A DNA stretch of 64,000 nt from Octopus vulgaris. Taxonomy: Eukaryota. This document shows, piece after piece, positions 13,677 to 26,979 of this stretch; the stretch's first letter is position 1, and every line of letters starts with the position of its first letter. A program made the translations under genes and the position numbers. Location: positions 21,948,001 through 22,012,000 of the forward strand of contig OX597817.1 in the NCBI GenBank assembly GCA_951406725.2, read 5' to 3'. Under the pieces are notes generated by a model, which did no database searches, was not told the origin of the DNA, and saw only the letters and a program-made list of their open reading frames with translations.

Positions 13677-15040
13677 GTATATATATTATATATAGGATAT
13701 TACTTGAATAGAGATACACTCAGACATGAGATAGACGGTCACACAAATTATTAAACTCCGGAAGTAAACCACAGAAGAAACGAATACTTTGAAAGAGAAT
13801 CTCTGTGTGATAAAAACCAATAGATCAATCACATCAACTTTGAAAATTATCAAATCAGTCTATGTTCAATGACAGCTTTAGATTTTCCCTCTCTTAGATT
13901 TTATATTCCATTCTATACTATCTTTGTGTATATTATTCTTCAGACATGAGGTCGTTATATTAAAGCTCACACCCGCCACATGTACACCTTTTGTACATTC
14001 ATTGAACATGAGTCAGCTATGAAGCCTTTACATGGTAACTCAAAATTCCTGAAATAAGTGTTAAATTCTCATCAAATCGCATATCGTAACTATGTTTTAA
14101 AATGGAATGAAGTATGGTGTAATCTAGTCTAGGATACGCTATATTGAGCGAATTGATAGGATAGTCACGGTTGGAACATCTTTGATCGTAAATCTCTTTT
14201 ATGAATACTATCTAGGGCCTGCAATACAATATCTTACTCTATTAAATACTTCTGTGCTTTTTTGCAATGCATTGCTGAATCTCTGGAGGTAGTTTTACAT
14301 TGTGAAAGAAATGAACAATTCTTTGATCGTTTCCGCTATTTTTGTTTGATATGTCTCACACTCTCGATTTTTCCAAGCGTTCAATATTTGAACTAAATAC
14401 AAAGATGAGTAAATATAGAAAATTTGAGAAAAAATATTGTCCTGAGACTTCATGTAACATTGATATATTCATGACTCCTGCAGCTTCAATATCTTAGGCA
14501 AACAGTCTTCACATAATCTGTGAATGGCTTGCAAAATGTCGTATTTGACCAGTAACCCTTTAAATCTTAGTCATTCTGCTAATTTGCATCAACAGCATTT
14601 AAGCCACGTCGTAAAGATTTATTCTGTTTTATGCATTCCAAGTTTAAATAATGTTAACTCTTTCAATGTTGCAATATTACTAAAATTCATTTGAAAACTA
14701 TATACACCTACGAATACGATAACATTAATGTAAAACAACGTGAAAGCATCCGCGATAGTTACGACTAAAATTTTCAATATGAGTCTATAAAGATGGATCT
14801 AATTTATGAATGCCACAACTTCAGATAATACAGAAAGCTGTCACATGAATCAATAGATTAGTTGCGAGAAAATACCGTTTTAATTTTTCATTCTTATAGC
14901 TAACAAAGATAGATTTATTAGATAAGAAAAGGGAAGACATTGTTCTTACGATTTTAAAAACTTTGTTCAATGCCATTAGCAGTAACATTTTGAAACATGG
15001 ATTCAGTTGCAGTTCACACACTGCTTAATTGTTGTTCAGT

Positions 15041-15429
15041 GGAGGCGCAATGACCCAGTGGTTAGGGCAGCGGACTCGCGGTCATAGGATCGCGGTTTCG
15101 ATTCCCAGACCGGGCGTTGTGAGTGTTTATTGAGCGAAAACACCTAAAGCTCCATGAGGCTCTGCCAGGGATGGTGGTGATCCCTGCTGTACTCTTTCAC
15201 CACAACTTTCTCTCACTCTTACTTCCTGTTTCTGTTGTACCTGTATTTCAAAAGGCCGGCCTTGTCACTCTCTGTGTCACGCTGAATATCCCCGAGAACC
15301 ACGTTAAGAGTAAACGTGTCTGTGGAGTGTCAGCCACTTACACGTTAATTTCACGAGCAGGCTGTTCCGTTGATTCGGATCAACCGGAACCCTCGTCGTC
15401 GTAACCGACGGAGTGCTCCCCCCCCCCCC
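15041..15429 (+). mobile_element. SINE family C, full length
   Basis: Near-identical to 11414-11795; 14-bp TSD aattgttgttcagt at 15027-15040 and 15430-15443; poly-C tail. Confidence 0.92.
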
Positions 15430-16775
15430 AATTGTTGTTCAGTTTTAATTTCGTTTCGGATTCTGGTTTGATTAAGGATGGAACTCACGTCACTTAATCC
15501 CTATCTTTAAACACGGGACTTAGTGGGTCTGAGACGAACCTAATCCAACGATTCTCAACAGTATATTACCTTAAAGAAATATTTCCAAGCAATCTTATCA
15601 AATCAATCAAAAGAACCGAATAACAGATTTATTCTAGTACAATACAAGAGAATAATTTACGGATAGGACGGTTACATATCCTACATTATAATATTATTCC
15701 TCGAGATATTACACGAAATGAACATGATCCTTTAAAAGAATGGTAACTATATGTCTAGGACTTAGCTAAGAATATAACTACTATACACTGAGAATCAGAG
15801 TGAAAAATGCCCATTTTTTTAAATTACACCTACTACACAATTTGCACAGGAACAAATGTTACATACATGTGAGTTGAATCTGATTATCAGTTATTTGGCA
15901 GGGTTAATATTTTCCAGTTAGTACAGTGGCTGCGTTTTCTAACAAATTGAAATATTGTACTTTTTAGTTATTCAAAAGAGATTGTAAAGTGAATAGGAAA
16001 TTGTTCGAAAAACAGCGACCAATGAGCCTAGAGAATTTAACAAACATAATACAGAGATATCTGTCAATTACGCTTGCTAATGTGTGAGGAGCCCAGACAT
16101 GCGGATATAAGTGATGCAATCTCGAGAAAAAGGACACAACTGGTAAACGGAATTGATTATTTCATTAAATGCTGGTTTCCCGTGGCTATTATATCATGAT
16201 AGAACTTAATTCGTGATGGGTTGAAATCTACATATGGAATAAAGCTTTTAAATTTTGAGCATTTATGGAGTCTAATTCTATATTGATCTAGTTGAAAAGT
16301 CTTTTATCTTCGATGACTTCATTAATTCTATATTCCTTTCCAATTTCAATTCTCGTGTTGAGCCTCTGAGGAAGGTTGTTAACGCATCTTTAATCAGTCT
16401 AATATGCTTGAAATTAAGCGCGAGATTTCGGGAAGAAATCAATAATGGCGAGATAAGGAAAAGATTTGATTAGCAGACTTAAAGACCATGTTGTTCGTTG
16501 GTTAGGATGCATTCAAGCCCTGCTAAAAAACAATTTAAACAAAAAGTTGTGTAAGAAGGAAAACCAATTCTAAGGGCGCTTAACAAAATTTGACAGATCT
16601 TTCCAGATTCCCTTTGAAAGAACTCAAAGTATTACGAAATAAATAATTGATAAATTTACAAGGTAGCTGTTTGGAGTTTGTTTCCATCTCTTTAGTGAGA
16701 GGTAATTTCAATTTTCAGAAGTAATTATGAAGATTATTTCCACTGCTGACTCTGTTTTCCTTTCTCCATTTTCAG

Positions 16776-16925
16776 TTCCTTCGAAAATTATCGACCATTT
16801 ATCTAGCGATGACATGGAATTACGGGAAGGTGATACGGTACTTCTTGTGTGTAACGTAACTGGAGTACCTCATCCTAATGTCACGTGGTATCGGCTTTCG
16901 AAGAAAGGAAAAAACGGAAGAGAAA
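16776..16925 (+). CDS. Internal coding exon: first half of an Ig I-set domain, Lachesin/DIP/IgLON-like cell adhesion protein
   Basis: Polypyrimidine tract and acceptor (tctgttttcctttctccattttcAG, AG at 16774-16775); donor GTAAGT at 16926; 150 nt, phase 1 at both ends. Translation (V)PSKIIDHLSSDDMELREGDTVLLVCNVTGVPHPNVTWYRLSKKGKNGRE has the I-set pattern EG-x-x-V-x-L-x-C...G-x-P-x-P-x-V-x-W-x-R. Family assignment is from motif resemblance; no other exon found in the window. Confidence 0.9.
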
Positions 16926-17051
16926 GTAAGTCAATTCTATGTGTTTGGACTCCACTCACCCACTCTCTCTTTCTCTGTCTCTCTCTCTCTTCCCTATCTA
17001 TTTCTTTCTCTCCATATTTGTGTGGGTGGCTGTATATATGCACGTGTATGA

Positions 17052-17125
<74 letters not shown>

Positions 17126-17184
17126 ATATTAATAAATAATAAAATATAAGTGGCTATCAAGCATAAAAACCAAAACGGTAAATT

Positions 17185-17758
17185 TATAATTATAATTATA
17201 ATTATAATTAAGGCTACCAGATAGTACCAACATTGCTAGAAATAAGAGTCAAAGACTACTCAAATAAGCCACAGTATCACTGAAAATTTAACAACCCGAA
17301 AGAAATCGAGAAGCGAATAAAAAACAAACCTACCATTGTGGGGGCTAAAATGCAAATAACTTTCCACATATACCCATTTCACGTGATTTCGAAATCTGAG
17401 ATAATAATTATTAATAATTATTAATATGCATAATTATACACCTCTATCGTTTGAATTTGGCGCTAGTTTTTCAACGAGTTTAACAAGCATGAGGAAGTAG
17501 GTATTAGTTTAACTCAAGGTGAGACCCACTGATGATGACTAGAAGTATTATCTCAGAGTTTGAAATCGCATGAAATGGGTGTATCTGCAAATTTATTTTC
17601 GTTTTTTTCCCCAGCAATGTTTGGTTGGCTTTATACTAGCTCCTTGATTTTGTTCAGCTTGTTAAATTTTCATTGGTATTGTGGTTTATCTGAGTAATTT
17701 TCGACTGTTTTTTCTAGCAATGCTGATAACATATGGTACTTTTAATTATAATTATAAT

Positions 17759-17762
<4 letters not shown>
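17185..17762. mobile_element. Diverged fold-back element between (TA)n tracts, probably Penelope pLTR-derived
   Basis: Arms ~17185-17408 and ~17546-17762 are imperfect reverse complements (cattgctagaaa/tttctagcaatg, tgaaaatttaacaa/ttgttaaattttca, tctgagataata/tattatctcaga); CTGATGA at 17529-17535, GAAA at 17562-17565, with accca/tgggt flanking stem. Confidence 0.7.
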
Positions 17763-17847
<85 letters not shown>

Positions 17848-18184
17848 GATTCAGTCTAGTTTCTCTTTCGTTGTAAAGTAATTATTATCCTTAGTAGTAT
17901 TCATAGTTACAGAGCATATGTAGGAAAAATTACAATAAATACAATTTTATGTTACTGATTCCTAGGTACTTTTCACTATTGTGGTAGATTGGAAATTAGT
18001 ATTGGATGTTCCAAGAGCAACAGCATCCTTAACTACAATGGATCCCCAAAGAACGCTTTATTACCTAATGTTACAGAGAACTAATACCTGTCAACTAGTT
18101 CCTTTAAGTTACGTGGGGCTGAATTAGATTGTTTTGATCAATAACATGTGAGTGTGTATAGAGAGAGAGAGAGAAAGAGAAACT

Positions 18185-18362
18185 TAGTTATGGCCGGATC
18201 ATAGGGTTACCCGGTATTTCCCTTCTATAAAGCGTTTAGCTTTACACCCTTCTCGTCAGAACATAATGGGTCAGACCCCAAATTGGATCTGACGAGCCGT
18301 GCGCAAAGCTAAGGGCTTATGAGCGCGAAACCTTGGATAACCCTATGAACCGGCACTAACTA
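18185..18362. mobile_element. ~180-bp MITE-like hairpin element
   Basis: Terminal inverted repeats tagttatggccggatcatagggtta / taaccctatgaaccggcactaacta; internal inverted pairs ttagcttt/aaagctaa and ctcgtcaga/tctgacgag. Confidence 0.7.
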
Positions 18363-18431
18363 CCATTCTTTATATACTCAATTGCTCTATGTATATTGTG
18401 TGTGTGAGTGCTAATGTATATATACGTACAC

Positions 18432-18480
<49 letters not shown>

Positions 18481-18516
18481 TACATATATAATATATATAT
18501 ATATATATATACATAA

Positions 18517-18557
<41 letters not shown>

Positions 18558-19554
18558 CATAAATATACATATTTGCTTGTATGTGTTAATAATAGAAGAT
18601 GTTTCACTAACTATTTCTGAAAGGTCTACTTCTCCCACTATGTACAATGTCAAAATACTTAATAATTAAGGTACATTTTGGCGGGTAATTACACAAATTC
18701 ATTAAGTAACCATTTTCTGATACAGATAGCAGCTCTATGCCCCGTAGAGACATTGTGGAGCTTCGCCAGTTTTACATGGTTGTCTTGCATTACAGTAATA
18801 TAAATATCTGAATTTAGGGTTGCTTGGCAATGAATCGTTAGACTCGGACACAAGAAGAGAAGCATTCCAATATTTATCTCATTAGCGGCTGTTTTCAACG
18901 TTCTGTTCATGAAGTCAACGTGGGCTTAGCGTAAAGTGTCTAAAATGGACTACGCCTGCGTGAGGTTATAAAGGAATGAACAATGATATCGTCTAAAAAG
19001 CGTGGCTGTTCAGTGGTTTAAAACAAATGGGTCATTGACTAGGTCACAGAAATAGGACAACGATATCTTATGTGTTGCGTAAAGTTACATTTAGTTATTG
19101 ATATTCAGGTTTGTAGAGAGTTGAGATTGGGCGATATCTGCATAGAATAAGTATGGGAGCTAAGGGGTTGTTTATAGGACGAAGGTTCATTTCAATAATA
19201 CAAGTTGCACCTGACACAATGAATGCAGCTACAGAATTAGAACTTCTCTATACTTCCTTTCCATACCCGCAAAACAGATCATCAACGTATTGATATAATA
19301 TGTCTGGCACTTAAAAGAAATTGGTTCTGCTTCTTTCAAAATACAAGCTTTGCAAAAGCAAATCCATAGAAGCATGCAATTTAATGCTATTCTCTGAGAT
19401 ACCTGTTGGGCTTAATCAAAAATTGTTTCAACCTGTTTTAAGAGAATACTAACTAACTGGAATCCTAAGGTTTTGATCAATTGCAGATTTTCTTTGAAGA
19501 GTTTCATTTCGAAACTTTTACAACGGCATGATTAAAACTAGTATTATTTAAAGG

Positions 19555-19661
<107 letters not shown>

Positions 19662-20908
19662 CTATTGTATTATACTTTATTTTATCTCTCATTCTTCATT
19701 TGCACACAAAGTACTGGATTTTTATATTTAACTCTGTAGTGTCTCGTTTATATCTCAATGGTGAGATTAGAACTACTTCTCCCCCTTTTTTATAACTATC
19801 CGTTACATTTAATTCTATATCTATCTAATTTCTTTATCTATTTTATCCTTTTTAATCGTTTCCACACTCTCTTCCTCTCTGTTCATAACTATCCGTTTTA
19901 GATAGAATATCTTTGTATATTTTAATTTAATTCACAACACATCTCCCCTTATTTTTTTGCTTTGACTTTGCTCACCCTATTCTCTTCCCTCTTACTATCC
20001 GTTCAACTCCATTCGGAAGATTGTACGCCCGCAGGCGTAAATCAGAGTAACAAGATACTGACACCAGCAAGCTACTGACACATATGTATGTGTCGACCAT
20101 GATTGGTAAAATGAAGGAAACAAATCCGTTAGAAAAAGTACGAAATACACATGTATTCGGTCTTCCGAATTGCTGTTAAATACGTAGAGCATGTGACATC
20201 TCCCAGTGAATAATTATTTCTATTACGACCAAGGAAAATGTATTTGCTGCAATCTATAACGCATGAAGAAGTAAAGCGTTTCGAATGTGCCCGATGGAAG
20301 CTAAATAATCAAAACTTCCTTGATGATATTTCTTGGTTACCTGTATCCTATTTGTTCTTCGATCACGAGTTTAATCGACCTAATGGCTTCATTTCATCTC
20401 ATGCAGGCATATAATGTTGCTATTGCCCTTTTACATTCTTTTACAAAATACTTTGTGTAATTCAAATCTGTTATCTAAATTTATTCTGAAATGAGGATGA
20501 AGATTTCTTACTTAGGTACAATGTGAAGAATTTAGTGGCGAAGTGTTTAGTCAATTACCTTGAAAGCATTGTCCAACTGGGACGTAATGTTATCTACCTC
20601 AGAAAAAGTGGCAAGAAATTTTCTGGAAAGGGGGTTCAACTACGAATGTAAGAAATTGAAATAAATACTGACGCCCTGACGCTTTTACAAAACAATCACC
20701 GTGATATATTCTAAAAATAACGATTATTGGTATTTTATAATGTATAAAATGTAAACAATATTTATATAGATATTTAAATGTAGATGTTTCATGTTTTCTG
20801 ATAGCTTGACATTGTTAGCTTGTTAAAACAAATAGTGATTTGGCACAAACTGTATATATATATATATGCGTGGGTGAGTATGTATGTATATCTATGAATA
20901 TATGTATG

Positions 20909-20974
<66 letters not shown>

Positions 20975-21146
20975 TCTATCTATCTACTACCTACCTACCT
21001 ATCTATCTACCGATCTATATTATCAATAATTTTTCTTATGGTAGAGAAATAGCTAGTTTTGGCTGCTATTTCTAAATTTCGGTATGTGGTGAAGCAGATT
21101 TTTTGCTGATCCCTAATTATATCTATACTCATAATTATAAAATTGT

Positions 21147-21206
<60 letters not shown>

Positions 21207-21235
21207 ATATATATATATCTATCTATCTATCTATG

Positions 21236-21310
<75 letters not shown>

Positions 21311-21311
<1 letters not shown>

Positions 21312-21859
21312 GCGAATGGCACCGCGAGTGTCGCGTTGCTCTCAAGCAACTCTGCCGTCCTGGGTCGACCTTAAGTGACTTCAACACAACCAAAGCATTC
21401 TATAGGGGTTTAGTGGAGGGGAGGTACGACGACGAGCTCGGGGCGAACCTGGACGTCGACGAGGAGTACCTGACCCGCCTGTTCAGGACGACCTTCGGGC
21501 CAGGGCCCATGGACAACTTCCAGAGATCCCTGGCCTGGCAGTGCTACCGAGAAGCGCTACCCGTTCGGGATAAGCTCTACAGACATCGAGAAACACGGGG
21601 CCGACCTATGCGGTCAGAGCGACGAAACCGTTCTGCACGCACTCGTTCAGTGCCCAACAATTTCCGACCTGTGGGCTTATGTCGAACAACTGCTGTCACG
21701 TGTGGGACGAGTCGGTTTATCACATTTCTGTGATAACGATCCCTATTGATCAATTTTTTTTTCCTCTCCCCTTTTTTTTTTTTAACCCCCCCCCTTTTTT
21801 TGTCCTCTTTCTCAATTTGTTCTATCTGTGTGCAGCCCTGTGTGGCTAATAAAGAAACA
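21311..21859 (+). mobile_element. Truncated, internally deleted Tx1/L1-clade LINE (zf-RVT region + 3' UTR) in (TATC)n
   Basis: GC-rich frame ...NFQRSLAWQCYREALPVRDKLYRH then, after a frameshift, CGQSDETVLHALVQCPTISDLWAYVEQLL (remnant of the L1/Tx1 C-terminal CCHC knuckle); ends aataaagaaaca; (TATC)n on both sides. Confidence 0.85.
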
Positions 21860-21924
<65 letters not shown>

Positions 21925-21943
21925 ATCTATAATCTATCTGTCT

Positions 21944-22087
21944 CAGTGGCTCCCAAACTGTGGTCCGCAAAGGAAATACAGGGGGTCCGTGAACTAATTT
22001 AAAAACTCCATTTATGTATATATTAAAAGGGGCATGAGGGAAAACTCAAGTAAATAAAATAGGTAGTGCGAAGGTTGGGAACGACTG
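21944..22087. mobile_element. hAT/Charlie-like MITE
   Basis: TIRs cagtggctcccaa / ttgggaacgactg; imperfect 8-bp flanks atctgtct / ctctatct. Confidence 0.65.
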
Positions 22088-22889
22088 CTCTATCTATTTA
22101 TATATGTATTTATATATAAGTAAATACGCATCTATGTATGTGTGTGTGCTTGTGTGTGCATGCGTGAGTGTTTGAGCATGTACTTGTGTGTTTGTGTGTA
22201 GGTGTGTGTGTGTTTGAGATATAAACAAAAGCAAGAAAAACAAAATGTTAGACAAAATCTTTAACAATGAATGTTATAAGTAAATACATACATATATGGT
22301 TTTCCAATCGAATATATATATAGTGTTATTTACAACGTTAAGTGATGGGCCTCGAGAGCCAAAGTTCGCAAAATGATATATACATTCATACATGCATACA
22401 CATTAACGTATATATATATATATATACATGTATATTCATGCATATGTACATACACATATATACACACGCACACACGCATACCCACGCACACAGAATCAAA
22501 CGCATGTCTTTTTATTTCACACACCACACATACGCCACACACACCCCATACATACACACACATAGCAAACACACACACCGCGCACACACCACAAACACCA
22601 CACACACAGACACCCACGAGCACACACACCCACTCCCACACACGCACGCACACACACACACGCATGCCCACACAAAACAGACACAGAGCACGCACGACAC
22701 ACAGAGCACACACGACACACACACATGCACGAACATACTCGCACAGACGTACACGAGCACAGACACACACAATTACACATGCCACCACACACACACACGT
22801 GAGCACACACACATACACTGAGATACAAACCATTCTTCATACTCTCCTGTCACAGAAAACACTCTTTGTCCTACTTCGAATCACTTCAA

Positions 22890-23095
22890 AGATGTAATTA
22901 CACGTGAATTGTTGGTGATTTTTCCTTCTCTTTCCTTTGGAATTTCCTGTTTCCGAAGAAGAGCTATGCTCGAAACTTGAAACAACCATACTTGTCTTTC
23001 GCTGAGCGTCTATTAATACTACACATGTCCTACGTCCTCACGTTGTTGATCTTTTCTTACTTTTTCTCCGTCCTTTTTTAATTAATTATAAATTT
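22890..23095 (+). mobile_element. Short non-coding element (family E) with decayed hammerhead motif at 22948-22984
   Basis: tgttt-CCGAAGA-a-gagc-tat-gctc-GAAA-cttg-aaaca; downstream ctgagcgtc...aatacta...gtcctcacgttgttg matches the reverse complement of 28420-28624; its 3' ~65 bp recurs inverted at 23424-23490. Confidence 0.65.
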
Positions 23096-23105
23096 ATATA
23101 CATAC

Positions 23106-23157
<52 letters not shown>

Positions 23158-23160
<3 letters not shown>

Positions 23161-23373
23161 GACGCCATAATAGATCGTTAGCTCCTACACGCATTTTTTT
23201 TTCTCCTTGTTTCTCTCCTCCGTGTTTTTTTCTGTGTATCTTTCTGTCGAAGAGCGTAGGCTCGAAACGTAAAAGACTTGTTCTATTTCTATTCCTGAGC
23301 GCCATACTAATACATTTGTTAGTTTGTACTCCACCTGCTTTCGTCTTTCGTTTATTTTCGTAAACCTTCCCCT
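23158..23373 (+). mobile_element. (TA)n-embedded ~215-bp element (family E-related) carrying a hammerhead variant
   Basis: Flanked by (TA)n on both sides; shares gaagagc...gctcgaaacgt and ctgagcg..atact with the 22890 and 28420 elements. Confidence 0.7.
23239..23276 (+). ncRNA. Minimal type I hammerhead-like motif (core variant CUGUCGA)
   Basis: tcttt-CTGTCGA-a-gagc-gtag-gctc-GAAA-cg-TA-aaaga: perfect stems I and II, palindromic ACGT helix III, GUA triplet; A6 is replaced by U. Confidence 0.6.
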
Positions 23374-23416
<43 letters not shown>

Positions 23417-23490
23417 ATGTATATAAAGTTGTAATTAATTTAAAAAGAACGGAGAAAAAGACAAGAAAAGACAATAACGTGAGGACGTTG

Positions 23491-23526
<36 letters not shown>

Positions 23527-24569
23527 GGATGAATTAACAAAGTGGTTAGGGCGTCAGGTGGACTGGATGTAATGCCTTACTATGTTCGTTTCCGCCCTCG
23601 ACGCACTGTTTTAATCTTGATGAATATGCAAGAGGACCAATGCTAGTAACTATGTGCCCGTGTGTGTGGAGAGAGAGAGAGATAGGGGGGGGGGATAATA
23701 CACTACAAAAAATCTGTTAACTGTAGGGAGCATCTATCTACAAAATTTATATTTCCTTTTATAAATATATTTGGAAATATATTCTCAGAGAGTTCATTGC
23801 ATCCAATAAGGATTCAAGAAGTCTAAGACTTTTGTGAGAATATGTATTTATCACGTTAATTATCTTGAACACGTGCATGAGCGGTTTAAGTGACGCAGTA
23901 TGATTTCGGTCATGAACCGAACAGGCTGCAGAAATATTGATCACAGGAAGAATCAAAGCAACAGCAAAAACATGATAATTTTCCTTAAACGTAAAACCAA
24001 AATTTTAGAGAGGAATGGAATGAGTTTTCTTCAAATGGTTGTCTTTCGGAAGACCATTAACGGCGTAAGTGAGGGGCTTTGAATTCAATCAGGAAACTAA
24101 AACTGTCACGCGGTTTAAGCTCATATGGGGGAAAATGGCAACAATAATAATATAATACAATATCTGTCCAAGTACTAAACAGTAACAGAGTGTGCGTTTT
24201 AAAATGCGGGTTGTGAAAGGAACGTTTTAAGAGGATCCATTACCGGAAAATGGAGAGCAATTTATTTTCCTTTCCATACCTATATATGTGTACGCTTGTC
24301 TGTGTAAGTGTATATATGGGTGTGCGTGTACGTATGTGAGAGAGAGCGATTTTCATTAACGGAAAATAAACATCGCAAATTATAGTAAAGGATTAGAGCA
24401 ATTTTCAAAAGAGAACACGCGGTGTGCAAAGTGGTACACTGCAAAATTTTTGGTCACTGAGTAACTGATGCACCGTATGAATACAAGTATATGTATACTT
24501 ATACACACACACGCACACACACTCACACATATACACAAATATGCTTACTTCCATACACATGCACACATG

Positions 24570-24613
<44 letters not shown>

Positions 24614-24631
24614 TATGTGTGTGTATATGTA

Positions 24632-24677
<46 letters not shown>

Positions 24678-24678
24678 A

Positions 24679-24749
<71 letters not shown>

Positions 24750-26882
24750 CAGATAAAATAATTACTGCTGTCAATTCGTTCCACTGCAATCCTTCAAATT
24801 GCTGCCCCACCTTGGCTGCTGTCTAATGACTGGAACAAATGAAAGATAAACAATATATTTTTATACAGAATATTTTTTTATATTTTTAATACAGACCTTA
24901 TGGATGGAAAACTATCTGAAAGCGTTTTCCTTTGCAACTTTTCGAAAACGCCAGAAAAAGCTTACATAATATCTTTAATTTATAACCAAATTTACAATTC
25001 TATGGTTTTGTAAACACATGCTTAGTATCATCACTGTTGCTTATAGAAGTCATTAATAGTTATACTTTTAATTATTTATGTAAAAATGGATTATATTTTG
25101 AAACCAACTGGCTACTTCGTATATATCTAGAAATAAGGTATCTGATGGCACGCCGTGATCAAACTGTTAGGAAACCAGCGATGTAATATTTAGAAGATTC
25201 CTCTTGGAATAGATTCGTTGTTTGAAAATGAATAACTATATGATGAATAATACAATATATGAATTAATTAGTTAATTATATAATCTGGAACAATATTATG
25301 TTGAGATTTTACGAGATATAATTTACATAATGGTGTACGCTGTTAAGAGGTGTTTCTAGAAAAATAGCGAGCTAGCGTTTACTCCACATGAATAAATCTC
25401 TAAATGAAATTAGTCACTTCATGTAAGAAGGTAGTCCACGGTGAGACTTTTCAGCGTTGCTCAGTTTCTTTGCATGACGTCATACTTTGTGTCACTATTG
25501 AGTTTTAAAAATAAACTAATGATATATTTAGAAGAAAGTATAAAAAAGAAATGTTTTTAAAACGTGTATAAAAACGTGGCTTGAAATGTTATTTTCAACT
25601 GACGTTTTCACTACATATGGAACATTGGATTTCGAATTGTCGGAACGCTAATTTGTTCTAACAGAAAGGAAGCTGTTGGAGGCAATGACGTCATCGGAAC
25701 TCTGCTAAAGAACTTATATGTCAATATATTTTGTCAATATGTAACTTTCATATCGTTTGGCATCAATTGATTTATATTCTCTCATTCGCTCATTCTCCTT
25801 CATTCTCTCTCTCTCTTTCTCTCTCATACAAACACGCACAGACATACTTCCTCTCCTTCTTATTCTCTCTTCCTCTCCCTAGTTCTCTTTTTAAATTTTA
25901 CGTTGATGCTATTTTAGAAAAGCAAATCCGACATCATCATCAAAGTTGACAAAATTTGTGTTACTAATACGATACACATCGCAGCTAAATGTTCACGAGT
26001 TAGTTTCTCACTCAGTCTCGCTTATTCGTTTCATCCTTCTTTCCCACATCCTTCTTTATTCCTCTTCTTCTCTTATCCTTTCCTTCTCTTTCACTCCATT
26101 TTCTTCAGTCAATATTGAATATGTTGGATATGCTGTAATTTTTAAAAAAACAAAAATGGAAAGACATTGATCCAAAGTAAAGCATTTTTTGTTCTTTCGT
26201 TTACTTTATTTCATTTTTGTTATTCCTCTCGCTAATGCTCATGACTTTTTGATCGCGATATAAACTCAGTGATGCGTGGTACGGATATGCACTTTTGCAC
26301 GTATGCATGTAGCTAGATAGCTAGAAGCTGGCAACGCATTATAAAAACAAGAACTAAATGTGATTAATAATTGATTATTCCTACTCCACCTCACCACCTT
26401 CATCAATTTTAAGTACACGTATACACTTACGAAGTAGACGTCCTTGGCCCCGAATGTACATCAGTTAAATATTTGTTAAATATTTGTAAAATATTTTAAT
26501 TCGTCAATTCGTTTATGCACATACAAACACTACACACACATATATACTGAAGATCGTTGAACAGAAACGAATATACATATATATATACATATATACAGAT
26601 ATACATACACACACACAAATTATATATATAGCAATAATACATCTCTGAACGAGATGTAAACGGTAACCGCTCGACAACGTAAAGTATAATAGACATCTCA
26701 ATATGGCTAACCATTAAGGGTGGGTGTTACTGTAGCTTTTAGCCCAAGGAGATCATCGTCTCCAGCTGCCTTTAGGCACACTTCCTGTGCCCTTATGGTA
26801 TTTGCAAAGGGAGGTCATCCCTCTCTCGGAAACCTAAGTGATACGCACGGATTGCACTTTCTATGTATTTGCCTGTCTTCGG

Positions 26883-26911
26883 CGTACGGCAATCACCGGT
26901 GATTGCCGTAC

Positions 26912-26912
<1 letters not shown>
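26883..26912. repeat. Perfect 30-bp palindrome abutting (TA)n
   Basis: cgtacggcaatcacc|ggtgattgccgtacg with no spacer. Confidence 0.95.

Positions 26913-26979
<67 letters not shown>

Noticed and set aside
16727-17149. 140-aa ORF as a complete gene
   Set aside because: Only 16776-16925 is Ig-like and splice-bounded; the flanks are intronic pyrimidine tract and microsatellite.
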